From: Abditibacterium sp.
GTDB taxonomy: Bacteria; Armatimonadota; Abditibacteriia; Abditibacteriales; Abditibacteriaceae
Length of the DNA: 64,000 nucleotides
Direction: 5' to 3'
Assembly: GCA_965199495.1 (NCBI GenBank)
Contig: CBDASK010000003.1
Location: 960,001-1,024,000, forward strand
The translations under genes were made by a program, and so were the position numbers. Shown here piece after piece: positions 29,083 through 42,354 of the stretch. Below the pieces are notes generated by a model. The model was not told the origin of the DNA. It saw only the letters and a list, made by a program, of their open reading frames with translations, and searched no databases. Positions within the stretch are counted from its first letter, which is position 1. Each line of letters starts with the position of its first letter.

Positions 29083-29175
29083 ATGGGGCCAATTGCAGTT
29101 TCGGGCGACGGAAGAACTTTGGTAACGCGCGCCTACATAACGCAAGACGGCGTTTGGCTGTGGAACATCAACTAA
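29083..29175 (+). pseudogene. C-terminal remnant of a WD40-repeat protein
   Basis: Translates as PIAVSGDGRTLVTRAYITQDGVWLWNIN*. Confidence 0.5.
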
Positions 29176-29226
29176 AAACGCGCGTTCACTCCGCCCGCTC
29201 GCGCGTCCACACAATCTGATAGCTTT

Positions 29227-30204
29227 ATGCTTCAAGACCGCTTTCATCGCCTCATTTCTTATCTGCGCATCAGCGTGACTGATAGATGCAACTTTCGTTG
29301 CGTCTATTGTATGCCCGCGCTCGGCATAGCCATCGCGCCGCGCGCCGAACTTTTGACGTTCGAGGAAATCGAACGCGTCGCGCGCGTCGGCGCGAGTTTG
29401 GGCGTCAATAAAATTCGCTTAACTGGCGGCGAACCAACGGTGCGGCGCGATTTGCCGACGTTGGTGGCGATGCTGAAAAATATCAAGGGCATCAACGAAT
29501 TGGCGATGACAACGAACGCGGTTTTGTTGAGTGAAATGGCGGCGCCGCTCAAAGAGGCCGGATTGAATCGCGTCAATATCTCGATTGATACGTTGGATAA
29601 AGCCAAAGCGTTCGCTATCGCGCGGCGCGACGATTTCGAGAGAGTTCAGCGCGGCATCGCGGCGGCGCATGAAGTCGGATTGAAAATTAAATTCAATACC
29701 GTCGCGATGCGCGGCACCAACGACGACGAACTTTGCGATTTGGCCGATTTCGCCAGAAGTTACGATGCGCCGATTCGGTTTATCGAATGGATGCCGATGG
29801 GCGAGGCGCGTTTCGACGAAACCAATCAGACGATTTCAGCGCGCGAGATGCGTTTGATTTTGAATCAACGATTCGATCTGCGTGAGCAGCCACGGCGGGC
29901 GGGCGATCCGGCGCGCAGTTGGATTTGCGCGCGAACGGGCGCGCAAGTCGGGTTTATTTCTTCGATGACCGATCATTTTTGCGAGACCTGCAATCGCATG
30001 AGACTGACGGCGACGGGCGGTTTGCGCCCATGTTTGCACCAAGACGCCGAAACCGACGTGCGCGCGATTTTGCGCGACGGCGGCTCGGACGAAGATATTA
30101 GAAACGCCTATTTTGAGGCGGCGGGTTTGAAGTGGGCCGGGCATCATATAAACGATGTGATTCCGCTTTATTCGAGCAAAGATATGGTTTCGATTGGCGG
30201 TTAG
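29227..30204 (+). CDS. moaA: GTP 3',8-cyclase
   Basis: YLRISVTDRCNFRCVYCMP, RLTGGEP, RFIE.MP, FCETCNRMRLT..G.LRPCL, C-terminal IGG. Confidence 0.97.
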   Translation: MLQDRFHRLISYLRISVTDRCNFRCVYCMPALGIAIAPRAELLTFEEIERVARVGASLGVNKIRLTGGEPTVRRDLPTLVAMLKNIKGINELAMTTNAVLLSEMAAPLKEAGLNRVNISIDTLDKAKAFAIARRDDFERVQRGIAAAHEVGLKIKFNTVAMRGTNDDELCDLADFARSYDAPIRFIEWMPMGEARFDETNQTISAREMRLILNQRFDLREQPRRAGDPARSWICARTGAQVGFISSMTDHFCETCNRMRLTATGGLRPCLHQDAETDVRAILRDGGSDEDIRNAYFEAAGLKWAGHHINDVIPLYSSKDMVSIGG

Positions 30205-30206
30205 AT

Positions 30207-30327
30207 TTTTAGCCACAGAGGGCACAGAGAAGCACGAAGAAAATAAAACTACGAAGCACAATTCGAGCGATTAAGTTTTGATGACTTCGTGCTTCTCTGT
30301 GTTTCTCTGTGCCCTCTGTGGCTAAAA
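30207..30327. repeat. Palindromic element family C
   Basis: TTTTAGCCACAGAGGGCACAGAGAAGCACGAAG...CTCTGTGCCCTCTGTGGCTAAAA. Confidence 0.85.
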
Positions 30328-30337
30328 TAAGTTTGTT

Positions 30338-31291
30338 ATGCCTCAACTCATTCACACGCTCGATTCGCACATTGATTTAGTTCACGACGGCGTGACGTTA
30401 TTTTCCTACTTCTATAATTCGCGTGTGCCCGCTATCGAATCGCCGCGCCCTTATTTTCATCCGTTGCGCACGTTAAAAGGCAATATCGTGAGCGGGTTTC
30501 GACCGCACGATCATCGCTGGCATCACGGTTTGTCGATGACGTGCGCCAATTTGAGCGGCCATAATTTCTGGGGCGGGCCGACTTATATGCGCGGCGAAAG
30601 TTATGTGCAATTGGATAACGTTGGTGAACAAATTTCAGTTGCGCACCCGTTTGTGAGCAATACGAGCGATTTGGGATTTGATATGGCGTGGCATTTTGCC
30701 AACGACGATTGCCCGTTGATTATCGAAACACGCTCATTGAAAACCACAATTCAGAATGAGCGTTGGATTCTCGATATAAATTCCAGCTTGACCAACGTCA
30801 AAAACGAATCCTTAATCTGGGGCAGCCCGACGACGCAAGGCCGCGAGAACGCCGGTTACGGCGGCTTGTTCTGGCGTGGGCCGCGCGATTTTATCGGTGG
30901 CGAAATTCTAATGAGCGACAATCGAGCGGGCGCCGATTTAATGGGACAGACTTCGCCTTGGCTGGCTTATATCGGGCAACACGACGAAACCGACGATTAT
31001 TCGACGTTAATCTTCGTGGACGATAACCGTAATCCGCGTCATCCGACACCGTGGTTTGTGCGCAACACGACGCCGATGGTTTGTCCCTACTTCGCGTTTC
31101 ACGAAGAATACGAGCAAGCTCTGCACGAAACTTTAGAGTTGAATTATCGAATTATCATCGCCGACGGCAAATGGAATCGCGAACAAATTGAAGCGGTGAT
31201 TTCTTCCGTAGAGACACCGACCGGGTGCCCCCTGGGCGGATGTCTAAATAGGTTAAAATTGCATCGAAACACAGCATTTTCGACCTTTTAG
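30338..31291 (+). CDS. DUF6807 / 'PmoA-like' family protein
   Basis: RPYFHPLRT..G, PHDHRWHHGL, NFWGG.TY, GYGGLFWR, WFVR; the last ~30 codons derive from a REP doublet. Confidence 0.8.
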   Translation: MPQLIHTLDSHIDLVHDGVTLFSYFYNSRVPAIESPRPYFHPLRTLKGNIVSGFRPHDHRWHHGLSMTCANLSGHNFWGGPTYMRGESYVQLDNVGEQISVAHPFVSNTSDLGFDMAWHFANDDCPLIIETRSLKTTIQNERWILDINSSLTNVKNESLIWGSPTTQGRENAGYGGLFWRGPRDFIGGEILMSDNRAGADLMGQTSPWLAYIGQHDETDDYSTLIFVDDNRNPRHPTPWFVRNTTPMVCPYFAFHEEYEQALHETLELNYRIIIADGKWNREQIEAVISSVETPTGCPLGGCLNRLKLHRNTAFSTF

Positions 31292-31337
31292 ACATCCGCC
31301 CAGGGGGCACCCGGTCGGTGTCTCTACGGAAGAAATC
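31198..31337. repeat. GTAG-type REP doublet (REPIN-like), family D
   Basis: 51-bp perfect inverted arms; each arm is GTAG followed by an AGACA...TGTCT hairpin; relative at 62415. Confidence 0.9.
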
Positions 31338-31348
31338 GCGCGCTAAAT

Positions 31349-31762
31349 TTAAGTCAATCCCAACTGCAAGCGCGCCACTTCGCTCATCATTTCCATCGAA
31401 TACGTCGGCGCCCACACGACTTCGACTTCGCAATCCGTCACGTCGGGAATCGCGGCGATTTTGGTTTCGATTTCAATCGGCATCGTGCCAGCGACCGGAC
31501 AGGCCGGACTGGTCAGCGTCATGCGCACGTAAACTTCGCCCAGATGATTGACGGCGATGTCGTAGATTAAACCCAATTCGTAGATGTTGACCGAGATTTC
31601 GGGGTCGTAGATGCCGCGAATCACTTCGACGACTTTCTCGTGAATCACGGCTTCTTTGGCGCCTTCGGGGCGCGCGGGCGCGTTGGTCGGTTCGTCCATC
31701 GGATGCTCGGCGGGCGCGGAGTTCAAAACGTCGTTCATAAGTGAGGTGGCGGGATTATTCAT
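31349..31762 (-). CDS. sufT: Fe-S cluster assembly protein SufT / DUF59
   Basis: IYDPEISVNIYELGLIY, MTLTSPACPVAG, VW.P....MMSEVARLQLG. Confidence 0.9.
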   Translation of the reverse strand: MNNPATSLMNDVLNSAPAEHPMDEPTNAPARPEGAKEAVIHEKVVEVIRGIYDPEISVNIYELGLIYDIAVNHLGEVYVRMTLTSPACPVAGTMPIEIETKIAAIPDVTDCEVEVVWAPTYSMEMMSEVARLQLGLT

Positions 31763-31767
31763 GATTT

Positions 31768-31878
31768 TAAGTGTCAGGTGGCAAGTATCAGGTGGCAAGT
31801 GACGAGTTTGAACGAGGCGACGAAGTTGGATTCTCCACAACTTCTCCTTGTTACTTGTCACCTGCCACTTGTCACTTT
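31768..31878. repeat. Inverted pair of heptamer arrays (AAGTGAC/AGGTGGC type)
   Basis: aagtgtc aggtggc aagtatc aggtggc aagtgac ... gttactt gtcacct gccactt gtcactt, filling the sufE-sufT gap. Confidence 0.8.
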
Positions 31879-32296
31879 AAACGGCCATTTTCGTGGCCAG
31901 AGTTTTGATGCGCGTCACCATGCCCGCCAAACCGTTGCGGCGGCCCATGCTGAGATGTTGGTCTAAACCCAACTGTTCGAGCAAACCGTTCACATCGAAA
32001 TTGATGATTTCTTGCGGCGTGTAGCCCGAATAAACCGAGCGCAGAATCGCGATTAAACCTTTGACGATGGTCGAATCGGAATCGGCGAGAAACTCGATGT
32101 GCTGGTCATCCTTGCTATCGGCGACCATCCAAACTTGACTCTGGCAGCCAGTGACGATGTTTTCGTCGGTTTTTTCTTCGGTGGGAAAAGCGGGCAAATC
32201 GCGGCCCATGTCAATCAAAAAGCGATAACGGTCTTCCCAGGCGTCGAACATCTCGAAGGCTTCGGTCAATTCCGAGGCGCGCTCATTTTGTGTCAT
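31877..32296 (-). CDS. sufE: Cysteine desulfuration protein SufE
   Basis: WEDRYRFLI.MG..LP, VTGCQSQVW, ADSDS.IVKGL, HLS..R.NGL. Confidence 0.93.
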   Translation of the reverse strand: MTQNERASELTEAFEMFDAWEDRYRFLIDMGRDLPAFPTEEKTDENIVTGCQSQVWMVADSKDDQHIEFLADSDSTIVKGLIAILRSVYSGYTPQEIINFDVNGLLEQLGLDQHLSMGRRNGLAGMVTRIKTLATKMAV

Positions 32297-32401
32297 GTCC
32301 CTTTTAGACTAACCAATCCGTGCGAGGTGCGTCTAATTTTGGCAAAATAGAATCGCAATTCTGTTGCATCAAGGTCGTCAGTCGCAATTTACCTTTCTAT
32401 C

Positions 32402-33469
32402 ATGTTTTCAGCCTCACATCTTCGCGCCCTCACTTTGGGCGCCGCTCTTTGTGTGCCCGCCCTTGCGCTGTCGGGTTGCGGCGGCGGTAGCGGCCCTTCA
32501 GCGCCGCCAACTCCCACCAATACTCCCACGCCGGGAGCCACGCCGACACCGACGAATCCGGGTGGCGGCAGCCAATTATTGTTCGATGATTTCAGTTCGA
32601 GCAAGATCAATTCGGGCGTGTGGAGCTTTTACGATCAGTATCAGCCGTTGCAGCGCACGCGCTTTGGTAACAACGGCATCAACCTCAACGAAGGTGGCGT
32701 CAGTTTTACGCGCCTGACGCTTGATTCGTATAATCCCACGCCGCAGTTCAAGGGCAATTTTTTTCGCGGCACGGAGATTACTTCCAAGCAATCTTTCATG
32801 GTCGGCAACGGCATCGAAGCTGAAGCGCGTTTGCGCGCGCCGGGTTTGCCGCCGGGCATCGTGTTCGCGTTTTTCATGATTAACAATCGTTACATTGGAG
32901 CGCAAACGCCCGCCAACTATCGCAAAGACGAAATGGATTTCGAGTTTCTGACCAAGCAGCAAGACGATTTCGGCAACCGCAATCAGGTTTATACCAACGT
33001 GTGGAACAATTGGAACGAAGGTCTTTACGGTTATGATGGCGATTCGAGCAACAACACCACGCCCGACCGCGATCACGACGATCTGGTTTATGGCCCGTCG
33101 GTTGATCCCAACTACGATTACGCCAACTGGAACACCTACAAAATCCGATGGTATCCCGACCGCACCGAATTCTACGTCAACGACAATTTGGAGCGCACCG
33201 AGAGCGAAGTCAAACCCGATCAAGCGTTATCAATTGACTTCAATATTTGGACGCCAACACCTGATTTCCAGCAGGCCTTTAGCGGTAGTCTGCCGGGGCC
33301 GGTCTCGAATGCCGATAATCCCGACCGCAAAATTTACAATTTCGATGTGGACTATGTGCGCGTGAAAGCCTTGACGAGTGGCGCCAATAGCGCGCGCGTG
33401 GCTGTCGGTGCCGAGGCCGCCCAGCCGCTACCCGCGACGGCCAAATCGTATCGCACGTTGGGACGCTAA
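32402..33469 (+). CDS. GH16 family glycoside hydrolase lipoprotein
   Basis: LSGC lipobox, Pro/Thr linker, catalytic DEMDFEF (ExDxE), VDYVRV. Confidence 0.8.
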   Translation: MFSASHLRALTLGAALCVPALALSGCGGGSGPSAPPTPTNTPTPGATPTPTNPGGGSQLLFDDFSSSKINSGVWSFYDQYQPLQRTRFGNNGINLNEGGVSFTRLTLDSYNPTPQFKGNFFRGTEITSKQSFMVGNGIEAEARLRAPGLPPGIVFAFFMINNRYIGAQTPANYRKDEMDFEFLTKQQDDFGNRNQVYTNVWNNWNEGLYGYDGDSSNNTTPDRDHDDLVYGPSVDPNYDYANWNTYKIRWYPDRTEFYVNDNLERTESEVKPDQALSIDFNIWTPTPDFQQAFSGSLPGPVSNADNPDRKIYNFDVDYVRVKALTSGANSARVAVGAEAAQPLPATAKSYRTLGR

Positions 33470-33490
33470 GCGTTTGAGAGTGCAACAAAC

Positions 33491-36713
<3,223 letters not shown>

Positions 36714-36795
36714 GAGCTTCTTCCTCTCGGTGCCAAAGTCAACGTTAAAATATGCAGCCTTTGCACCGAGAGTGAGACACCAATCCATTTCAACC

Positions 36796-37413
36796 ATGCA
36801 AGAACGTTTATTTTCCATCAGCGCCAAATTAAACGAGTTGGCGCGCCGCGACGCCGATTGCGAACTGGCGGATTCAGCCAATCATTCGTATCAGTTGAAT
36901 CCGCCGCTGGAAATCGCTCAAATCGAGGAATTTGAGACAGCGCACAGCGTTGTTTTGCCCGCCGATTATCGCGCATTTCTGCTGAAAATCGGCGATGGTG
37001 GCGCCGGGCCTTACGACGGTTTGCCGCGCCTGAGCGCCATGCAAACGGCGGGGTTGGATGCACCGTTTCCCCATCGCGAGTTCTTTGACGTCAGCGATGA
37101 AACGAATCTGCCTATGGACGCTTACGGCGGCCAATGGACGGCGGGCACGCTACAACTGAGCGATCAGGGTTGCGGTATGCACGATTTGCTGGTTATATCT
37201 GGCGCGGCGGCGGGCCTGATGTGGCAAGACGACCGCGCCAACGGATTTGGTATTTTTCCGCTCGCGCGCAACCGCGAAGAGTTGGGCGAATCGCAGGAAG
37301 ACACCATACCCTTTACCATCGCCGAAGAGCCAGCCGAGCGCCTCTCTTTTCTGGATTGGTATGAATGGTGGCTCGACTGGAGTCTGGCAGAAATAAAAAC
37401 GCTCAGAGAGTGA
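36796..37413 (+). CDS. SMI1/KNR4 (SUKH) family protein
   Basis: LNPPL..AQIEEFE....V.LP.DYR.FL..IGDGGAGP, DQGCG...LV.SG...G.MW, SFLDWYEWWLD. Confidence 0.85.
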   Translation: MQERLFSISAKLNELARRDADCELADSANHSYQLNPPLEIAQIEEFETAHSVVLPADYRAFLLKIGDGGAGPYDGLPRLSAMQTAGLDAPFPHREFFDVSDETNLPMDAYGGQWTAGTLQLSDQGCGMHDLLVISGAAAGLMWQDDRANGFGIFPLARNREELGESQEDTIPFTIAEEPAERLSFLDWYEWWLDWSLAEIKTLRE

Positions 37414-37439
37414 ATTTCAACGGCCTAATCAATTCAATC

Positions 37440-40400
37440 CTATTTTTTCATCCGATCCAAGTGCGCCTTGAGAAACTGGCCGGTATACGACTTCTCATTC
37501 TTCATCACTTCTTCCGGCGTGCCCGTGGCTATGAGTTCGCCGCCGCCCGCGCCGCCTTCTGGCCCCAGATCAATGATATGATCGGCGCACGCGATTAAAT
37601 CGAGATTATGCTCAATCACTAAAATCGTGTTGCCTTGATCGGTCAATCGCTGCAAAACCTCGATCAAGATTTTCACGTCGGCCATGTGAAGTCCGACGCT
37701 CGGCTCGTCCAAAATGTAAAGCGTGTGGCCCGTCGAACGCTTGGCGAGTTCCGTCGCCAATTTCACGCGTTGCGCTTCGCCGCCGCTTAGCGTCGTGGCT
37801 GGTTGGCCCATGCGAATATAACCCAGACCGACATCGCAAATCGTGCCCAGTTTGCGATTGAGCGCCGGAATCGCCTCGAATTCCTTAAACGCGTCCTCAA
37901 CGGTCATCTGCAAAATATCGGCGATAGAATGGCCTTTATATTTGACTTCCAAAGTTTCGCGGTTATAGCGTTTGCCGCCGCAGACTTCGCAGGGCACATA
38001 AACGTCGGGTAGAAAGTGCATCTCGATTTTGATGATGCCATCACCCTCACAGTTCTCGCAGCGCCCGCCTTTCACGTTGAAACTAAAGCGCCCCGGCCCG
38101 TAGCCACGCGCCTTGGCCTCGCGCGTGACGGCGAACAAATCGCGGAGAGGCGTAAACGCGCCGGTATAAGTCGCCGGATTACTTCTGGGCGTGCGACCAA
38201 TCGGACTTTGGTCAATGTTGATGATTTTATCAATCAAATCCAATCCGATAACCTCGTCGTGCGCGCCCCAACGCACGCTCTGTTTCGAGAGTTCATACGC
38301 CAAACGCGGATACAAAATATCTTGAACTAACGTTGATTTACCCGAACCTGAAACACCTGTCACGCAAACTAAACAACCCAAAGGCACTTTTACATCAATC
38401 CCTTTTAAGTTATGTTCGCGCGCGTTTTTAATTTCGATAGTGCCCTGCGCTTCGCGGCGCGTTTCGCGCATCGGAATTGTTTCTTTGCCGCTCAGGAATC
38501 TGCCTGTCGCGCTCTCTTTACATTTCAGAATATCGTCCAAAGTGCCCTGCGCGATAATCTCGCCGCCGTGTTCGCCCGCCGCCGGGCCGATGTCCACGAT
38601 GAAGTCCGCCGCGCGCATCGTGTCTTCGTCGTGTTCGACGACGATGACGGTGTTGCCCAACTTTTTCAGCCGTAACATCGTGTTAATTAACTTTTCGTTG
38701 TCGCGCTGATGCAAACCAATCGAAGGCTCATCTAACACATACAAAACGCCGACTAAACCACTTCCAATTTGCGTCGCCAAACGAATACGTTGCGCCTCGC
38801 CACCCGATAACGTCGCCGCCGCTCTATCTAACGATAAATAATCCAAACCGACATCCACCAGAAACTGCAAACGCTCCTGAATCTCTTTAACGATGGGCCG
38901 CGCAATCGTGCGCTCGCGCTCCGAAAGCGAGATTAAAGCATCGGTGTCACCCGGCGTGGCTACAGCTTCGTCGCCCATCACAATCGGGCCTTTAGCCTTG
39001 CCATTACGCTCGCCGCGCGTCAATTCGTCCTGTCGCTTCGCCAAATCTTGGGCCGCCGTTTCCAACGTTTCGCCATCGGTTTCGTTGGTCAACGGGTTGC
39101 CATCGTTGTACGCTTCGGCGCCGAACTTCAATTGGCTTTGCCGTTTCAGTTCGCCGAAAAAGCGCGCCGCATCGCCCACGCTAATGCCCGTCACATCGGA
39201 AATGCCTCGCTGCCCAACCGTCACCGCGCGCGGAAACGGTTTAAGACGCGCGCCCAAGCAACTCGGACACGGACGGTCGCTCATGTATTTGCCCAACTCT
39301 TCGCGCCACTGGTCGCCAAGTTCGGTATATTCGCGCTTCAAACTATTCAATACGCCTTCCCACGCGATATGATAACTTTTCTTGCGACCGTGCATATTGG
39401 TGTAGGTAATATGCACTTTACGGTCGCCCGACCCATTTAATACGACATCTTTGGCTTTATCGGATAATTCGCTCCAAGGTGTCGAAACCGAGAATCCGAA
39501 TTCTTTTTCCAAAGCCAGCATCATCTGTTTCTTATAATTCGAGTTGCTGCGTCGCCAAGGCGCTAAAGCGCCATTGTCAATCGCCAAACGCGCGTCGGGC
39601 ACGACCAATTGCGGATCGAATTCCTGATGAAAACCCAAACCCAAACATTCGGGACAGGCGCCATAAGGCGAGTTGAACGAAAAGGTGCGCGGTTCTAATT
39701 CCTCAAACGAAATGCCGTCGTAGGCGCAGGCGAAATGCTCGGAAAACGTCAGCACTTTCTCGGACGGTTCTGGCTCGCCGTCGCGCGTCACGATTTCGAC
39801 CATGACGATGCCTTCGGCCATTTTCAAAGTCGTCTGAACCGAATCGGCGATGCGCATTCGTTCGCTTTCGCGCGCGATGATGCGGTCAACCACGATTTCG
39901 ATGTCCTGCTTTTCGTAACGTTCGAGCTTGATGTCGTCGGTCTCGTCCAGATTGTAAATTTGGCCGTTGATGCGCGCGCGCGCGAAACCTTTCTTGCGCG
40001 CGTCCTCGAAAATCTTCTTGTATTCGCCCTTGCGCCCGCGCACGAGCGGCGCCAGAATATGCAGCCGCGTGCCTTCGGGCAATTCCAAAATCCGATCCAC
40101 GATTTGATCTACCGTCTGGCGAGCCACGACGCGCCCGCATTCGGGACAGTGCGGCGTTCCGGCGCGCGCATACAACAGGCGCAGATAATCGTAAATTTCG
40201 GTGACGGTCGCCACAGTCGAACGCGGGTTGCGCGACGCGGTTTTCTGATCAATCGAAATCGCGGGCGACAAACCTTCGACGAAATCCACATCGGGCTTGT
40301 CCATTTGCCCCAAAAACTGGCGCGCATACGACGACAAACTCTCGACATAACGGCGCTGACCTTCGGCATAAATCGTATCAAAAGCCAATGAAGATTTGCC

Positions 40401-40685
40401 CGAACCGGACAAACCGGTGATAACGACGAGTTTGTCGCGCGGGATATTCACGTCGATATTCTTGAGATTATGCTGGCGCGCGCCCTTGACGATGATATAT
40501 TTATCCGGCGTGGCTGCTTCAATCGCCCTGGTTTTGCTCGCGGTTTTCTTGCGAATTGCTGGCTTTGTTTCTGCGATTTCGGCGCTAATCACCTCGGCGT
40601 CAGGCGCTTGGATTTCGGTCTTTTTCGCGGGAGATTTGCGGGCAGTTGCGGCTTTTTTGGCGGGAGTTTTAGCGGCGGTCGGCAT
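37440..40685 (-). CDS. uvrA: Excinuclease ABC subunit A
   Basis: [23 protein letters not shown], two LSGGEAQR signatures, Zn-finger CxxC pairs. Confidence 0.98.
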   Translation of the reverse strand: MPTAAKTPAKKAATARKSPAKKTEIQAPDAEVISAEIAETKPAIRKKTASKTRAIEAATPDKYIIVKGARQHNLKNIDVNIPRDKLVVITGLSGSGKSSLAFDTIYAEGQRRYVESLSSYARQFLGQMDKPDVDFVEGLSPAISIDQKTASRNPRSTVATVTEIYDYLRLLYARAGTPHCPECGRVVARQTVDQIVDRILELPEGTRLHILAPLVRGRKGEYKKIFEDARKKGFARARINGQIYNLDETDDIKLERYEKQDIEIVVDRIIARESERMRIADSVQTTLKMAEGIVMVEIVTRDGEPEPSEKVLTFSEHFACAYDGISFEELEPRTFSFNSPYGACPECLGLGFHQEFDPQLVVPDARLAIDNGALAPWRRSNSNYKKQMMLALEKEFGFSVSTPWSELSDKAKDVVLNGSGDRKVHITYTNMHGRKKSYHIAWEGVLNSLKREYTELGDQWREELGKYMSDRPCPSCLGARLKPFPRAVTVGQRGISDVTGISVGDAARFFGELKRQSQLKFGAEAYNDGNPLTNETDGETLETAAQDLAKRQDELTRGERNGKAKGPIVMGDEAVATPGDTDALISLSERERTIARPIVKEIQERLQFLVDVGLDYLSLDRAAATLSGGEAQRIRLATQIGSGLVGVLYVLDEPSIGLHQRDNEKLINTMLRLKKLGNTVIVVEHDEDTMRAADFIVDIGPAAGEHGGEIIAQGTLDDILKCKESATGRFLSGKETIPMRETRREAQGTIEIKNAREHNLKGIDVKVPLGCLVCVTGVSGSGKSTLVQDILYPRLAYELSKQSVRWGAHDEVIGLDLIDKIINIDQSPIGRTPRSNPATYTGAFTPLRDLFAVTREAKARGYGPGRFSFNVKGGRCENCEGDGIIKIEMHFLPDVYVPCEVCGGKRYNRETLEVKYKGHSIADILQMTVEDAFKEFEAIPALNRKLGTICDVGLGYIRMGQPATTLSGGEAQRVKLATELAKRSTGHTLYILDEPSVGLHMADVKILIEVLQRLTDQGNTILVIEHNLDLIACADHIIDLGPEGGAGGGELIATGTPEEVMKNEKSYTGQFLKAHLDRMKK

Positions 40686-40761
40686 AAGGAAATTGGGTGA
40701 AAAAATCGCCCATTGACCGACTGATTAAACGCGCAAAGGTGCCGTGTTTTTGCGCTTTGGT

Positions 40762-41099
40762 TTAATCCTCTTCAAGCGATTCTTCTAACAAAGGCTCGAT
40801 GTCGCGCGAATGCCGCGCGACTCGCAAAACAACGATTCCATCGCCCGAAGCCAAAGGTCGGTAATAAATGAGGTAAGAGCGAAACCCTTTCACTGGCGAC
40901 TGGCGAATGGAATGGAGGTGCGGTTTGGTCGAATCGCAGGGTGAGCCGATATAAGGCATATCGGCCAACAAATCCAACTGCAAGCGCACGGCGGCAAACA
41001 ATTTGAACGTTCTGTCTTGCGCGTCCTCACCCAAAACTCTGCGATGCCCTCCAAATCCTTACGCGCTGAAGGCAACACGATGAACGTGTTTTGACTCAC
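40762..41099 (-). pseudogene. RelE/ParE family toxin, frameshifted
   Basis: MSQNTFIVLPSARKDLEGIAEF in one frame continues as LGED...LADMPYIG...FRSYLIYYR...VLRVARHSRD in another; one extra T in GAGTTTTGG restores the frame. Confidence 0.8.
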
Positions 41100-41393
41100 G
41101 TTGTGTTCTTCCCTCTCGCTTCAACTTTTGCGATGACATCGGAGTGAAGTTTGTCCCACCAGGCGTCGTCGGCGATCTCGCCTTCGCCACTTTTGAGTGC
41201 CTCCTCCAACAGCTTTTCCTCACGAGCCAACTGATCGGGAGTTAAATTTCGCTCGACAGCATACTCTTTATAACTGCGCTTTTCGCGCAAAATAGAACGC
41301 ACATATTGCGCATTATCTTCAAAACCGCGCGCGCGCTTCTTCGCTGATGAACTGAAGTTCCTCGTCGGGCAACTCGATTTGTAAAATGCTCAT
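41096..41393 (-). pseudogene. ParD-like (RHH) antitoxin, frameshifted
   Basis: MSILQIELPDEELQFISEEARAR then GFEDNAQYVRSILRE...LLEEALKSG...DAWWD in another frame; one extra GC in the (GC)5G run restores it; GTGA overlap with the toxin. Confidence 0.75.
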
Positions 41394-41402
41394 GCTTTCA
41401 TT

Positions 41403-42317
41403 TTACTCCAAATCTTCGCGCCCGATACGCGATTTCACCACGCTCGCCAATCCCAAAGTCAACAGCGCGCCCGCGCCAACTTTCAAGCTCACTCCCAACG
41501 GATCTTTGACGCGCGAGGGCAAAGCGATCAGCGAACCGTCGGGGGCATAAGTCGCGCTTTCGCCGACGTAACGGCCATGTTCGGGCGGCGAAACTTCGCG
41601 CGCGAAGTCGCGCAAGGCACCAGCCACGTCGCCGCCGCTCATCGGTTTGCCGTGTCCGGCGCCGATGGTTTGCGGGTTCAACTCGGCCAATTTATGCGTG
41701 CTTTCGAGCGCCGATTTCCAATCGGGCGTGGCTGGCGAGGCCGAACGCGCCAACTCCTGCGGCACTTGCAGCATCGCGCCCGGCCATTTGTCAAAGTTCG
41801 CCGTGCAAATCGCGTCGCCCGCGATTAACGTTTTGGTCTCGGCGTCCCACAGCGAAATATGGCCGGGCGAATGGCCGGGCGTTTCGATGACTTTCCAGCC
41901 GGACAAAAAATCGAGTTCGCCGCTTGAAGGAATGAATTGCAAACGGTCGCCGAAATCGTATTCGGGATGTGGAAAAAATCGCGTCAAAAACGCGAGCGCG
42001 CCGCCAACTGTCGGATCGAACGGCGGATAGGCTTCTTCGCCATCGAGATACGGCTTTTCGCGCGCGCCGATATAAATTTTCACGTTCCACTGCTCGGCCA
42101 AAGCAAACGCGTTGCTCGAATGATCGAAATGGCCGTGCGTCAAAACGATGGCGACTGGCGGTTTGCCGAATTCGTGTTCCAAGGCTTTCAATGCGGGCAA
42201 ACCGGGCTTAATGCCGGTATCCACCAAAACCCAGTTATCGTCGGGCGTGTGAACGGTGTAGGCGTTGACAAACGCGATGGGAATGACGTGAACGTGCGGC
42301 GCGATTTCTTTGGGCAT
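41403..42317 (-). CDS. MBL-fold metallo-hydrolase
   Basis: LVDTG, LTHGHFDH, TPGHSPGH, LIAGDA, GHG; start at MPKEIAP. Confidence 0.88.
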   Translation of the reverse strand: MPKEIAPHVHVIPIAFVNAYTVHTPDDNWVLVDTGIKPGLPALKALEHEFGKPPVAIVLTHGHFDHSSNAFALAEQWNVKIYIGAREKPYLDGEEAYPPFDPTVGGALAFLTRFFPHPEYDFGDRLQFIPSSGELDFLSGWKVIETPGHSPGHISLWDAETKTLIAGDAICTANFDKWPGAMLQVPQELARSASPATPDWKSALESTHKLAELNPQTIGAGHGKPMSGGDVAGALRDFAREVSPPEHGRYVGESATYAPDGSLIALPSRVKDPLGVSLKVGAGALLTLGLASVVKSRIGREDLE

Positions 42318-42354
42318 AATTGTGCGCGGGAACCGCGAATTTGATGCCGCGTTG

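Noticed and set aside
29176..29226. Moco riboswitch upstream of moaA
   Set aside because: Leader is only about 50 nt and lacks a recognisable multi-stem structure.
30338..31291. Methane monooxygenase subunit
   Set aside because: Soluble DUF6807-type protein; no TM helices and no pmoB/pmoC.
38930..39145. Intein in UvrA (also considered for DnaG and the helicase)
   Set aside because: No C/S start with HN-C/S/T end and no LAGLIDADG motifs; the insert is too short.
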